Virus record (IMG/VR): IMGVR_UViG_3300025759_000001
Source: an uncultured virus (IMG/VR IMGVR_UViG_3300025759_000001)
Lineage: Duplodnaviria > Heunggongvirae > Uroviricota > Caudoviricetes > Crassvirales
DNA: 37,077 nt
Direction: 5' to 3' (one strand)
Below, piece after piece: positions 27,222 through 36,392 of the stretch. Every line of letters begins with the position of its first letter. The stretch's first letter is position 1. The translations under genes were made by a program, and so were the position numbers. The notes under the pieces are model-generated. The model worked only from the letters and a program-made list of their open reading frames with translations. It was not told the DNA's origin and ran no database searches.

Positions 27222-30200
27222 TTATAATATACAATCCCACTCACCTTGTTCAGTGAAACCTTCGTCTTTATTAGGATCTTCTTCTTTAATTTTTCTTTCT
27301 TTACTTATTTCTTCAGCTTGTTTAGCTTCATTAGCAGACTCAAACTCAATATTTGTTTGCTTAATCTTCATCTCTCTTTCTGCCATCTTGTTTCTAGCTA
27401 TTACTTCATCTTTTGCTTTAAGATCAACTAGTATTTTATTAACCTCAGCAGTCTTGTCTGTAAATATAGCCTTTTCTCTGGTAGAAAGCAAATCATTCGA
27501 CATAATTTTATTAGCAATCTTATTTAACTGCATTTTAGATACGGTGCCATTGTCTACAAACTTCTTCCAGATATCATTTGATATTGGTTCATTACTTTTA
27601 GCTCTTTCTGCAGCGAATCCATCAAAAGATTCATCAAATCCTTCATATTCAGGAGACTCTTTAACAACCCCACTAGTTTGTTGTGTTGGTTCTAAAGCAG
27701 CTATTTTAGCATCATACTTAGTATTGATTTCATTTATTTTTTTAATTGTTTTAGAACTAATTGCTTTATTAAATTCTTCTTTATTTTTTAGATAAGGAGA
27801 AAATTTTGGTTCATACGAGAAATTACCAGCTTCTAATGAACTATAAGTTGGAGTTGTATCTGGTCTATGATTGTCAGAAGTACTCATCAAGCTATAATGC
27901 TTTGAATTCGGCATACTTGCATCACTATCCTTTACAATTATATAGTAAGGATATTGTTTTAACTCAGCTTTTCTTTCAGCTTCTATTTTATCTATTTCAA
28001 CTTTAGCTCTATCTTCTTTAGCTTTTTTAAATTTATCTAACTCAGAATCTCTTGCATCATTTGCCACATCTAAATTACCAACTACTGTTCTACCTTTAGC
28101 CCCATCAAACTTAGAAACAATACCTCTTTTTTCAAGAAGATCCATTATTCTACCAGCTTGCTCGTATCCTATTTGTAGTTTTCTCTGAATTAGAGATGCA
28201 CTAGCACTAGCGGCATCAATGACTATTTTCTTAGCTCTCTCATATAAGCTCTCATCAGTTTCACTATCGGGAACTTCTTTAATGACAGTTGCAGCTTTCT
28301 GAGCAGGAGCATCTAATCTCTCTGCATCATATCTAGCTTTAATAAGTTCTTTAACATGTGCTTCATTCTTTCCGTATACAGGAATTCTATTTCTTTGTTT
28401 ATCAAAGAATACACCGGCAAAGCCTTTTTCTCTTTCATTAACTACACCAGCCTTGTTAGATAGAGCTTCTCTTTCGGAAACTTTCTTATTAACAGCTGTT
28501 GGGTTCTTAGGCACAACCTTTGTTGCCTCAGGAGTTCCGTCAGGTACCTTGAACATAATATCAGACTTGAATGCTCCTAGTTCATTTTCACGACCAATAG
28601 TTTCATTCTCTGAGAAAGTAGTATTTTCAGACCCAACAACAGCATCAGTAGATATAACAGTGTTAAGCATCATTTCTCTGTACTTAGCTCCATAACTACC
28701 ATGGTTCCATTGATTAAGATTCAGCTGACGTCTCTTCTCATTCATTATAAAGCCTATTAAAGCTTCTCTATTATCACCAACATTATCAGGTGTAACAATA
28801 CCTTTAAAACCACCTTCAGTATCAGGGTCTAAACCATATCTAATCCATTCACCACTTAAATGTAAATGTGTGGCTTTACCTGCAGTTTCAGATGTCATAT
28901 GAACAAATAGCTTAGCTACATCCATAACTTTAGCATCTTTACCTAGTACAGCAAATTCATTAGGATGATCTTCTTTAAATGTTTTGAATAAATCAGCATC
29001 ACTACTTAATAATGCTTCTTTTCCAATCTTTTTAAGCATAATAGCTATCAATATATCTGCTACAAAAGTAGACTCTGCTATATTAGGCTTTCTAAGATTA
29101 AGTTTCAATGGAAAAGGATCACCATTAGCCTTAGGAATGTTTAAAAACACTCCGCCTTTATAAGGAACCGGGTTTGTATTATCATCTTGAACACCTATTA
29201 CATCTATTTGTAATCCTTCAAAGTCAGGATGATCAGACTTGTCACTAGCTCTAACTAAAGTGCCGTGCTCATTTGTAACCATTAAGTCAACCTTACCCAT
29301 ACTTCCATTAATAAATGGAAATTGCATTACATTGTTTTCAGGTATAGCGCCATTCTCTTCTTTAATTTCCTGAACATTTAAATTACCACCAAATTGATGA
29401 GTAACTTGTGTTTGAGTATTACCCAAGAACATTTGTCTAATGATATTCTCTCTTTTAGGAAGTTCATTAGTTTTATAAAATGCATTTGTCTTACTATAAG
29501 CAGGTATATGTGACCATATATCATCAGTAAGTTGTATCTTAATAGGAAGATGATTAAATAAAATATCTTTCTCTTCAGCTGTTAATTTTATCTTAGGATT
29601 CTTCTTGGCTTTATTGAATATCTCAATAGCTTGTTGTCCTAGTTTAGAATGTATTCCACCAGGAGTTCCAACAACATAGTCAAGCAATACTGGCTTACCA
29701 TCTTTAGCTCCTGTTTTATCTTTACCATTAAATACCCAGTCTTTCCAGCCTGGTCCATTTAAGTTAGCGTATAAAGGAACCTTGATATTACTACTAACTT
29801 TATCCGTATTAATAGCTCTATCCTTTCCTTTCTCTTGAGACTTAGTAGTCTTAGTTACATTTGTTGAGTCTTCTGCATGCTCATCTTCAATATTATCTGC
29901 AACACTAGCTTTGTTAGCGTTACTTACAGTTGTTGTATTAGCAGATCTAGCAGCTTCTTCAGCTAATCTTTCAGCCTCTCTGGCATCGTCATTAGCATAC
30001 TCTCTTGCAACAGCTTCTTCATTAGCAAGCTCTTCTATGTTTTCATTAACAACAGCTGCATTCTTAATCTTCTCATCTTTAGTTAAAAAATCAGACTCCT
30101 CTATTTCTTTCTGAAGTTCTTGTCCTTGCTCTTCAGTTTCAAGTGGAGTATTAACTCTATGAGTTAGCTCTTGCTTTTTAAGACCTTTTCTATAAGACTC

Positions 30201-32354
30201 TTTACGAATATCTCCATTCTCTGATTGATTAAGTGATATCTCTGCGTTGTTACGCTCCTTAATCATGTAAGCCTCTGTTAGTTCAGCAGTAACGTCTTCA
30301 TCGAAGCCTTGAGCAAGTCTAGCATCTTTTCTTTTTTGTTCAGCATCTCGTGGGTCATCACCTTTGATAGCCTGATAGTCAAGCGTCATCTTAGCAATAC
30401 GCTTCTCATTGTCTTTTATTAATTTCTCAATATGTGGTTTTCTTAACTCACTAACACCTTCTTGTTCAAGTTGTTTCTTAAATGTCTCATTCATTTGAGT
30501 CAAAGCCTTAACCTTCATAAGACCCTCAATCTTTTCCATTTGAGTAGTCGATATAGCACTAGCATTAGGAACTCCATAAGTAACCTTCTGAATCTTTTCA
30601 TCCATCTTGGCAGAGTTCTCTACAAATCTTTTTGTTCTATAATTGTTTTGGGCCATTTTAGCCGCAATGTTAGCATCATACTTATTAGAGAATTTTAAAT
30701 AATCCATCCTCATCTCTTCAGACTTTTTAATAACAGATGGTATATTTTTCTTAGCTAACTCTAGGTTGAAATCACTACCTCCTTGTTCTTTTAAAGCAGC
30801 AGCCTCTTCTTTAGTCATGCTTGCAATACCTTCTAAAGCTTCAATATGTTGATCGAATTTACCGCGATGTAATGAATCAGTAGTCATCATTAACATCATC
30901 TCATCCAATACCATCTCTCTTGCTTCAAGATTGTTGTTATTATCAGCATCTGATAATTTTTGTTGCATAGACATAAAGTTACGAGCTCTATCATTTAGAG
31001 TCGTAGCATATGTTTTCTCATATTCTTTTTCAAAGGTTCTTTTTTTCTTTCCCTTTTTAAGTTCACTCAAACCTTTACCTGCAAAATGAAATAAGTTACC
31101 ACCAAGACCACCAAAGAATGCAGATGTTTTCATTTCATCTGAGCCCATGGCATCTTCCATTATTTCGTCATACTTTTCCCTTGTAATAATCCCAGCATTA
31201 AGATCAGCCATAGCTTTGGCATTCTCAGCAATTAAGTATTGATAAGATTCTTCAGCACCTTCTGAAACGAAAGTACCTACTCCACCTGAAACTTTTTGCA
31301 TCCAAGGTTTCATTTTAACTCCAAGACCTCTACTAGATGCTTTAGACAAAGCATTCTCCATCCTACTAGTGTGAGGATTGAATATCTTACCAAGTGCTAG
31401 ATATTGAGGAATATCTTGTAATAACATGGCCCAACCTTTATTATAGTTATCAGACGCAGCTGTTGATGCTATTTGAGTAGCTTTCTCTTCTGTGAAAGGT
31501 AAGCCTGTTTCTTTATCTATTTTATTTAATAACTCTTCACGTTTAGATTCAAATGTACCGGATGCTTCCATAGAGTTTTCTATGTGTCTAGATACAACAG
31601 CTTGGGATATACCCTCTGTCATCCATGTAGACTTTTTACCCATGTTTTCAGCAACATCTAGTACGCGAGAAAATTTTCCACCAAGCTTTGAAGCTCCCTT
31701 ACCTAGAAATCCTAAAGCTTTAGTTGCAGCCATAGAAGGTATAAGCATGCTTAATGTACTAGCAACAGATACTCCGTTACTGAACCACCATCCTGAATCA
31801 GAAGGATCGAACTTACCAGGTGCTTTTTGATGAATAGCCATAGCGTCTTGTCCCCATGTTCTTAACCCTTTACCAGCATCTGTCATAAAGTTTCCCCACT
31901 CAGTCTCGTTACCAGTCATGTAATCCATAACACTGCCTAAGTCAAGTAAGTAACCTAATCCTTCAACAGTACCACCAATTATCTCACCAACAACAGCTTG
32001 ACCAATCATATTACCAGCTTGTTGCCATCCTGATTGTAACTCACCACGACGTCTATTTAATTCTTCAACGCCACCAGTAGGCATAAATATAGTACTACCA
32101 AGATAATCAGTGTAATCCTCTACATCTAAACCTTCGTACCTGTTATCCTCCATGATACTAGGACCGTCGTCTACAATTGAAATCTCATCATCTTTAGGAT
32201 CAGTTTTCTCAACCTCGACTGGATCAGTATCAACAATAGATATGTCAGCAGTGTCTTTTACAGGCTCTGTCTTGTCTAATTCAGTGAATTCATTCTCCAC
32301 TACAATAGCATCTGGTGTGCCAGCAAAATCTTGATTATTCTGTGTTTCCGCCAT
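27222..32354 (-). CDS. Large virion cargo/ejection protein (1710 aa) with an internal FtsK-gamma domain
   Basis: Directly upstream of the vRNAP; Gly-rich hydrophobic helices in the N-terminal quarter, long charged helical region, FtsK-gamma at 28080-28256, one Cys. Confidence 0.78.
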   Translation of the reverse strand: MAETQNNQDFAGTPDAIVVENEFTELDKTEPVKDTADISIVDTDPVEVEKTDPKDDEISIVDDGPSIMEDNRYEGLDVEDYTDYLGSTIFMPTGGVEELNRRRGELQSGWQQAGNMIGQAVVGEIIGGTVEGLGYLLDLGSVMDYMTGNETEWGNFMTDAGKGLRTWGQDAMAIHQKAPGKFDPSDSGWWFSNGVSVASTLSMLIPSMAATKALGFLGKGASKLGGKFSRVLDVAENMGKKSTWMTEGISQAVVSRHIENSMEASGTFESKREELLNKIDKETGLPFTEEKATQIASTAASDNYNKGWAMLLQDIPQYLALGKIFNPHTSRMENALSKASSRGLGVKMKPWMQKVSGGVGTFVSEGAEESYQYLIAENAKAMADLNAGIITREKYDEIMEDAMGSDEMKTSAFFGGLGGNLFHFAGKGLSELKKGKKKRTFEKEYEKTYATTLNDRARNFMSMQQKLSDADNNNNLEAREMVLDEMMLMMTTDSLHRGKFDQHIEALEGIASMTKEEAAALKEQGGSDFNLELAKKNIPSVIKKSEEMRMDYLKFSNKYDANIAAKMAQNNYRTKRFVENSAKMDEKIQKVTYGVPNASAISTTQMEKIEGLMKVKALTQMNETFKKQLEQEGVSELRKPHIEKLIKDNEKRIAKMTLDYQAIKGDDPRDAEQKRKDARLAQGFDEDVTAELTEAYMIKERNNAEISLNQSENGDIRKESYRKGLKKQELTHRVNTPLETEEQGQELQKEIEESDFLTKDEKIKNAAVVNENIEELANEEAVAREYANDDAREAERLAEEAARSANTTTVSNANKASVADNIEDEHAEDSTNVTKTTKSQEKGKDRAINTDKVSSNIKVPLYANLNGPGWKDWVFNGKDKTGAKDGKPVLLDYVVGTPGGIHSKLGQQAIEIFNKAKKNPKIKLTAEEKDILFNHLPIKIQLTDDIWSHIPAYSKTNAFYKTNELPKRENIIRQMFLGNTQTQVTHQFGGNLNVQEIKEENGAIPENNVMQFPFINGSMGKVDLMVTNEHGTLVRASDKSDHPDFEGLQIDVIGVQDDNTNPVPYKGGVFLNIPKANGDPFPLKLNLRKPNIAESTFVADILIAIMLKKIGKEALLSSDADLFKTFKEDHPNEFAVLGKDAKVMDVAKLFVHMTSETAGKATHLHLSGEWIRYGLDPDTEGGFKGIVTPDNVGDNREALIGFIMNEKRRQLNLNQWNHGSYGAKYREMMLNTVISTDAVVGSENTTFSENETIGRENELGAFKSDIMFKVPDGTPEATKVVPKNPTAVNKKVSEREALSNKAGVVNEREKGFAGVFFDKQRNRIPVYGKNEAHVKELIKARYDAERLDAPAQKAATVIKEVPDSETDESLYERAKKIVIDAASASASLIQRKLQIGYEQAGRIMDLLEKRGIVSKFDGAKGRTVVGNLDVANDARDSELDKFKKAKEDRAKVEIDKIEAERKAELKQYPYYIIVKDSDASMPNSKHYSLMSTSDNHRPDTTPTYSSLEAGNFSYEPKFSPYLKNKEEFNKAISSKTIKKINEINTKYDAKIAALEPTQQTSGVVKESPEYEGFDESFDGFAAERAKSNEPISNDIWKKFVDNGTVSKMQLNKIANKIMSNDLLSTREKAIFTDKTAEVNKILVDLKAKDEVIARNKMAEREMKIKQTNIEFESANEAKQAEEISKERKIKEEDPNKDEGFTEQGEWDCIL

Positions 32355-34623
32355 TTTGTTTCTTTAAGTCTTTTACTAATTCTTCATACAAATACGTAGC
32401 CATATCTGCCTCTCCAAACAACTCTCTTGATTGGAATTCTCCAACTTTTATTCTCCAGACATCTCTGGAACCAACTTGAGCCTTAACCCAAGAAATTGGA
32501 GTTTCAACTCCTTTTATTTTTATATTCTTACCTTGCACTGTTCCTTCAATATTGCCACTTCTTATTTCAGAAGCTTTAATCTTAGGCATGTATTCTGCAC
32601 TGGCAATCATCTTTCTGCCTTTAGCAGCTAATCCTGGGTCACTAGAAACAGCTAGTTCTTTTCCAGCACTAAGTTGTGTTGATTTACCAAGATCTCCTCT
32701 TGTTATAGTTTTAACCTCTATTACAGATCCATTCTTATCCTTAACAACTAAGTGCTCAATAGGATATCCTTTTTCATCATGTCCATCAGTTACCCTAACA
32801 TCATAATCAACTTTAGCTTCACCAGTACTTGGATCCGGTGGATAAGTCTCAGACAAGTAAGAGAACATATCTTTACCTGAATAAGCTTCTGAATAACCTG
32901 ATCCCTTAAATCCATCACTCAATACTTCATTCAATCCACCAATCTTACTTGAGTACTTACCATTATTAAGAGCACTGAATTCTGTATATGACTCAGAGTA
33001 TAAGTTCTGACTAGACTCTAAATGCTTTCTTACGAGATCATTAGCTCTACTTTTAATATCATCAAATGATTCCCAAGCCCCTCTAGGATCTAATTCATTT
33101 CCAACAAATCTGTTAGTTATATTCTTTTTATCTAAATAATGCCTAAGTAACTCATCAGATTTATTTACCGGAACAATATTATAATTACCAGTTTTATTAT
33201 TTAATACTCTCCCTTCTCCAGTTATATCTAAATCATCAGGATTAACCCCAAGCTTAATAAGCTCTTTTTCTAAGTAGTCAACTTTAGTAGCTTCATCTTG
33301 AGTTCTAAGCTCACTTATTTGTTCAGCAAATTCGTATTCTTTCTTTTCTTCATCTGTAAAACCTTCTAACGCTTTAGTTTCAACTCTATTAATAAGGTTG
33401 TTTAATTTATGATACTTTACTTTAGAATCATTAAGTTCTTTTTTAGCTTGTTCAAAAGCAACAGGATTAGACTTTCTTCTAGCTTCAAATTCATCTTTCT
33501 TGGCTTTATCAAAGTTAGGGTCAAGCATTTGTTCATCAGTTCCCCAAAATGCATTATTTTCTGATGTCTGTCTCTCAAGCTCATTAAGGGCCAATCCTGT
33601 ATTTTCTTTAATTTCATCAATATTATCAGGTGTAACTGTGGTAAGAACACCATTAGCAGCTCTAACCAGATCAGCAGCTTCTCTAGCATCAAGTCCTCTT
33701 TCGTGTAACTCTTTAGCTGCTGTATCAGTATTAAAGTGATATTTTAAACTTTGCTCTCTAGATTGCCCACCTGCAGCGGCTCCAAATAGTTGTCTACCAA
33801 ATTGATTACCTGGAATAAATACATCTTTCTTAGTTCCGTCAGCTCTATATCTAACTTCCCACTTACCTATATTTCTAGCATCACCTGCATTAGGGTCAAA
33901 GAATTGTTGTTGTTTCAATGAGGCCTGTAAATCAGGATCATTAGAAGCCATAGTGGTTAAGGAAGACATAATCTTATTGAAATCTCTTTCTTTTATTATA
34001 CCAGAAGCATAAGCCTGTGTAAACTGATCTAAGTTACCTGTATATTTCATTGCATCTTGCGAGGCATCTGCCTGTACAAGCTTTAAATTTTTGTTAATCC
34101 AATCATTAGTACCAACTTTAGTAGATAGGCCAGTTCCTGAAAACTGTTTAAAATTACCTAACTCATCAAAAGAACTACCAAAATCACTTACTTGCTTTGT
34201 AGCCCATACTTTTGCCTCTTGTGGTGACCAACCTGCTTGTGATATTTTCTTAGTGGCAAGATCATTTATATATTTCTGTGCAGAAGTGTAATTAGCTTTA
34301 GCTTGACCTACAACGCCAGAAGCACCGAAAGATTTCTTTTGAGATGATCTCAATTTACGAAGCTTATTTGACAAACCTCTGTCTACTCCACGATCCATCA
34401 AATCTTTGGATATCTGCTCAGATTCCTTTCTGATTCTTTCTAATTCTGCATCAACAACACCTGCATCACCTTCAAGTCTTTTTGTCTCAAGAGCCTCTAG
34501 CTCATCAGTTGCAGCCAATGAAGCATCTTGCCTAGCTTGTTTAGCTAAAGGCACTGCCATTATCTCATCTAGAGAAAGACCTTTAAATCCTGCTGTTGTT
34601 ATGTTACTAAATCTATTTGCCAT
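32335..34623 (-). CDS. Putative virion cargo/ejection protein (762 aa)
   Basis: In the cargo cluster, Cys-free, largely helical and charged; stop overlaps the start of the next gene. Confidence 0.7.
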   Translation of the reverse strand: MANRFSNITTAGFKGLSLDEIMAVPLAKQARQDASLAATDELEALETKRLEGDAGVVDAELERIRKESEQISKDLMDRGVDRGLSNKLRKLRSSQKKSFGASGVVGQAKANYTSAQKYINDLATKKISQAGWSPQEAKVWATKQVSDFGSSFDELGNFKQFSGTGLSTKVGTNDWINKNLKLVQADASQDAMKYTGNLDQFTQAYASGIIKERDFNKIMSSLTTMASNDPDLQASLKQQQFFDPNAGDARNIGKWEVRYRADGTKKDVFIPGNQFGRQLFGAAAGGQSREQSLKYHFNTDTAAKELHERGLDAREAADLVRAANGVLTTVTPDNIDEIKENTGLALNELERQTSENNAFWGTDEQMLDPNFDKAKKDEFEARRKSNPVAFEQAKKELNDSKVKYHKLNNLINRVETKALEGFTDEEKKEYEFAEQISELRTQDEATKVDYLEKELIKLGVNPDDLDITGEGRVLNNKTGNYNIVPVNKSDELLRHYLDKKNITNRFVGNELDPRGAWESFDDIKSRANDLVRKHLESSQNLYSESYTEFSALNNGKYSSKIGGLNEVLSDGFKGSGYSEAYSGKDMFSYLSETYPPDPSTGEAKVDYDVRVTDGHDEKGYPIEHLVVKDKNGSVIEVKTITRGDLGKSTQLSAGKELAVSSDPGLAAKGRKMIASAEYMPKIKASEIRSGNIEGTVQGKNIKIKGVETPISWVKAQVGSRDVWRIKVGEFQSRELFGEADMATYLYEELVKDLKKQNGGNTE

Positions 34624-34624
34624 A

Positions 34625-34816
34625 TTAATTATTGTTAAGCTTTTCTAACAGTGCGTCTTTATCGTTCATAAATATAGTTATAAAATCCTTAACATCCTCA
34701 CGATTGATGACAATTTTTTCATCATTGTAGGTGAGTACGAATCTTTTCTTCTTGTGATCTATGTAGATATCGTCATTATCTACTATATTGAGTAATAATA
34801 AATACGCTCTTGTCAT
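34625..34816 (-). CDS. Hypothetical protein (63 aa)
   Basis: Fills the gap between two cargo genes with 12-nt and 1-nt spacers; A-rich leader. Confidence 0.65.
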   Translation of the reverse strand: MTRAYLLLLNIVDNDDIYIDHKKKRFVLTYNDEKIVINREDVKDFITIFMNDKDALLEKLNNN

Positions 34817-34828
34817 CTTATTTGTTTA

Positions 34829-36391
34829 TTATAGTTTACCTTTTTTCTTTTTATTCTTAGTTTTCATGTATTTACCAAGTGCATCAAAGTCCATACCCAT
34901 TAACTCAGGATACTTTTTAAACAACTGTTCTTTTCCAACTTCTCCAAGATTAGAACCTAATTGAGATATTAACTGACTCTTTTGAGCATCATATGCTCCT
35001 TTGTTTTGTTCATTAGCTAATTGCTCAGCATTAGATTGTTGAAGATTAGTTTGATCAACTCCTAAATTGAATTGTTGTCCTGCTCTATTCTCTTGTCTAT
35101 TTTCTGAACCAGCTTGTGCCATTGCACTAGATAAAGCTTTAGTTCCCTGTAAGCTTAATCCAAGTAAGTTGGCTCTAGCAGCTGCTTGAGAACCACCAGA
35201 AGATCCTAGAATAGCATCTCTTTGATTGTTTACACCTTCTTGAACTCCTTTAACTAATTGTCTCTCATCTACTCTTTGTGGATCATAAGTATTTCCAAGT
35301 TTGTTTCTTGACACTTGATCAGGTTTATCTAATGTAGCTAATTGATAAGCATCTGTAACTGCAGGAGCGTATCTTAACAAACTAGAAGGGTCATATTTAC
35401 CTTCTACATTACCTTCTACATTACCTTCTTCTTCAGTACTATAATTTGCAGCTTTTCTAGCATCAGCCTCAGCAGCAAAAGCATCATTACTTGCGCTATG
35501 TGCCGCATCTTTAGAATCTGACATTGCTTTTTTATCAGCCTCACCTGCAAAATAATTATTACTTGCGTCAAATGCCGCTCTTTTATCAGCTTCTCCGGCA
35601 AACATATCATTACTAGCATCAAATGCAGCCCTTTTATCTGCTTGACCTGCAAAATAATCTTTAGTTGGATCTGTTTCACCTAACATACTAATTAGTTCAT
35701 TTGGATCTGTACTATCCATAAATCCACCATTAGCAAAAGGATTGTTAAATTGCTTGGCTTTAGTTGCAGTATCATTAACTGCTAAATCTTGTGCTTCTTG
35801 CTTCGCCTGTCCATTACCAACAAATTTTGTTGCCATATCTAAAATTGGAGAAGCTATCGCTCCTACACCAGGAATCATACTAGCCGCACCACTAGCTGCA
35901 CTCATTATGCCTTTTGCAGCATTACCAGACTTAAAATGACCAATAGCTTCTGGAGCTTTACTTAGTAATCCCATTCCAGGAATAGCACCTCCACCAACTT
36001 TACCTAGTAATCCAGATGCACCGCCTGCTGCTGCTCCCGCTCCCGCCGCGCCTGCAGCTGCACCTCCAGCACCACCAAGACTACTCATGATACCCCCTAG
36101 GAAGTAATCATTAGACTCTCCACCAATTTGACCACCCATAGACATTGGATCTTGAGGCTGTTCTTGTTGTGGAGCTTGTTGTGGAGCTTGTTGTGGCTGT
36201 GACTTAGCCTTAACGTACTCTTGAGCTTGTTGTAATCTTCCTTGAAGCTCCTGAAGTGTCTCAGTAGACTCTTTGTCCTTTCTGCCTTCAAATTTCTTAG
36301 CAATGGCCTTGCTCGCTTCAGCAAAAGTCTTACCTTTTGTATAAGAAGGAAGATTAAACTTATCCATTATGCTGTCTTGTTTCTTTTTCAT
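34829..36391 (-). CDS. Putative virion cargo/pilot protein (520 aa)
   Basis: Gly/Ala-rich hydrophobic segment, 17-aa tandem repeats, Gln/Asn-rich C-terminal helix, Cys-free, basic termini. Confidence 0.72.
   Translation of the reverse strand: MKKKQDSIMDKFNLPSYTKGKTFAEASKAIAKKFEGRKDKESTETLQELQGRLQQAQEYVKAKSQPQQAPQQAPQQEQPQDPMSMGGQIGGESNDYFLGGIMSSLGGAGGAAAGAAGAGAAAGGASGLLGKVGGGAIPGMGLLSKAPEAIGHFKSGNAAKGIMSAASGAASMIPGVGAIASPILDMATKFVGNGQAKQEAQDLAVNDTATKAKQFNNPFANGGFMDSTDPNELISMLGETDPTKDYFAGQADKRAAFDASNDMFAGEADKRAAFDASNNYFAGEADKKAMSDSKDAAHSASNDAFAAEADARKAANYSTEEEGNVEGNVEGKYDPSSLLRYAPAVTDAYQLATLDKPDQVSRNKLGNTYDPQRVDERQLVKGVQEGVNNQRDAILGSSGGSQAAARANLLGLSLQGTKALSSAMAQAGSENRQENRAGQQFNLGVDQTNLQQSNAEQLANEQNKGAYDAQKSQLISQLGSNLGEVGKEQLFKKYPELMGMDFDALGKYMKTKNKKKKGKL
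35397..35428 (-). repeat. 12-bp in-frame tandem repeat (EGNV)
   Basis: ttaccttctaca x2 plus ttaccttc, encoding EGNVEGNVEGK. Confidence 0.8.
35441..35659 (-). repeat. In-frame 51-bp (17-aa) tandem repeat, about 4 copies with progressive decay
   Basis: YFAGQADKRAAFDASND / MFAGEADKRAAFDASNN / YFAGEADKKAMSDSK... / AFAAEADARKAANY. Confidence 0.9.
36163..36198 (-). repeat. 12-bp in-frame tandem repeat (PQQA)
   Basis: cttgttgtggag x2 plus a partial copy, encoding QPQQAPQQAPQQ. Confidence 0.8.
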
Positions 36392-36392
36392 A

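Noticed and set aside
27127..27795. 222-aa plus-strand ORF and the other antisense or nested ORFs in the track
   Set aside because: Shadows of long genes, with Ser/Leu/Phe-rich composition expected from the reverse complement of Lys/Glu-rich coding sequence; no motifs.
35441..35659. Repeats as a possible CRISPR array
   Set aside because: In-frame coding repeats with no unique spacers and no cas genes.
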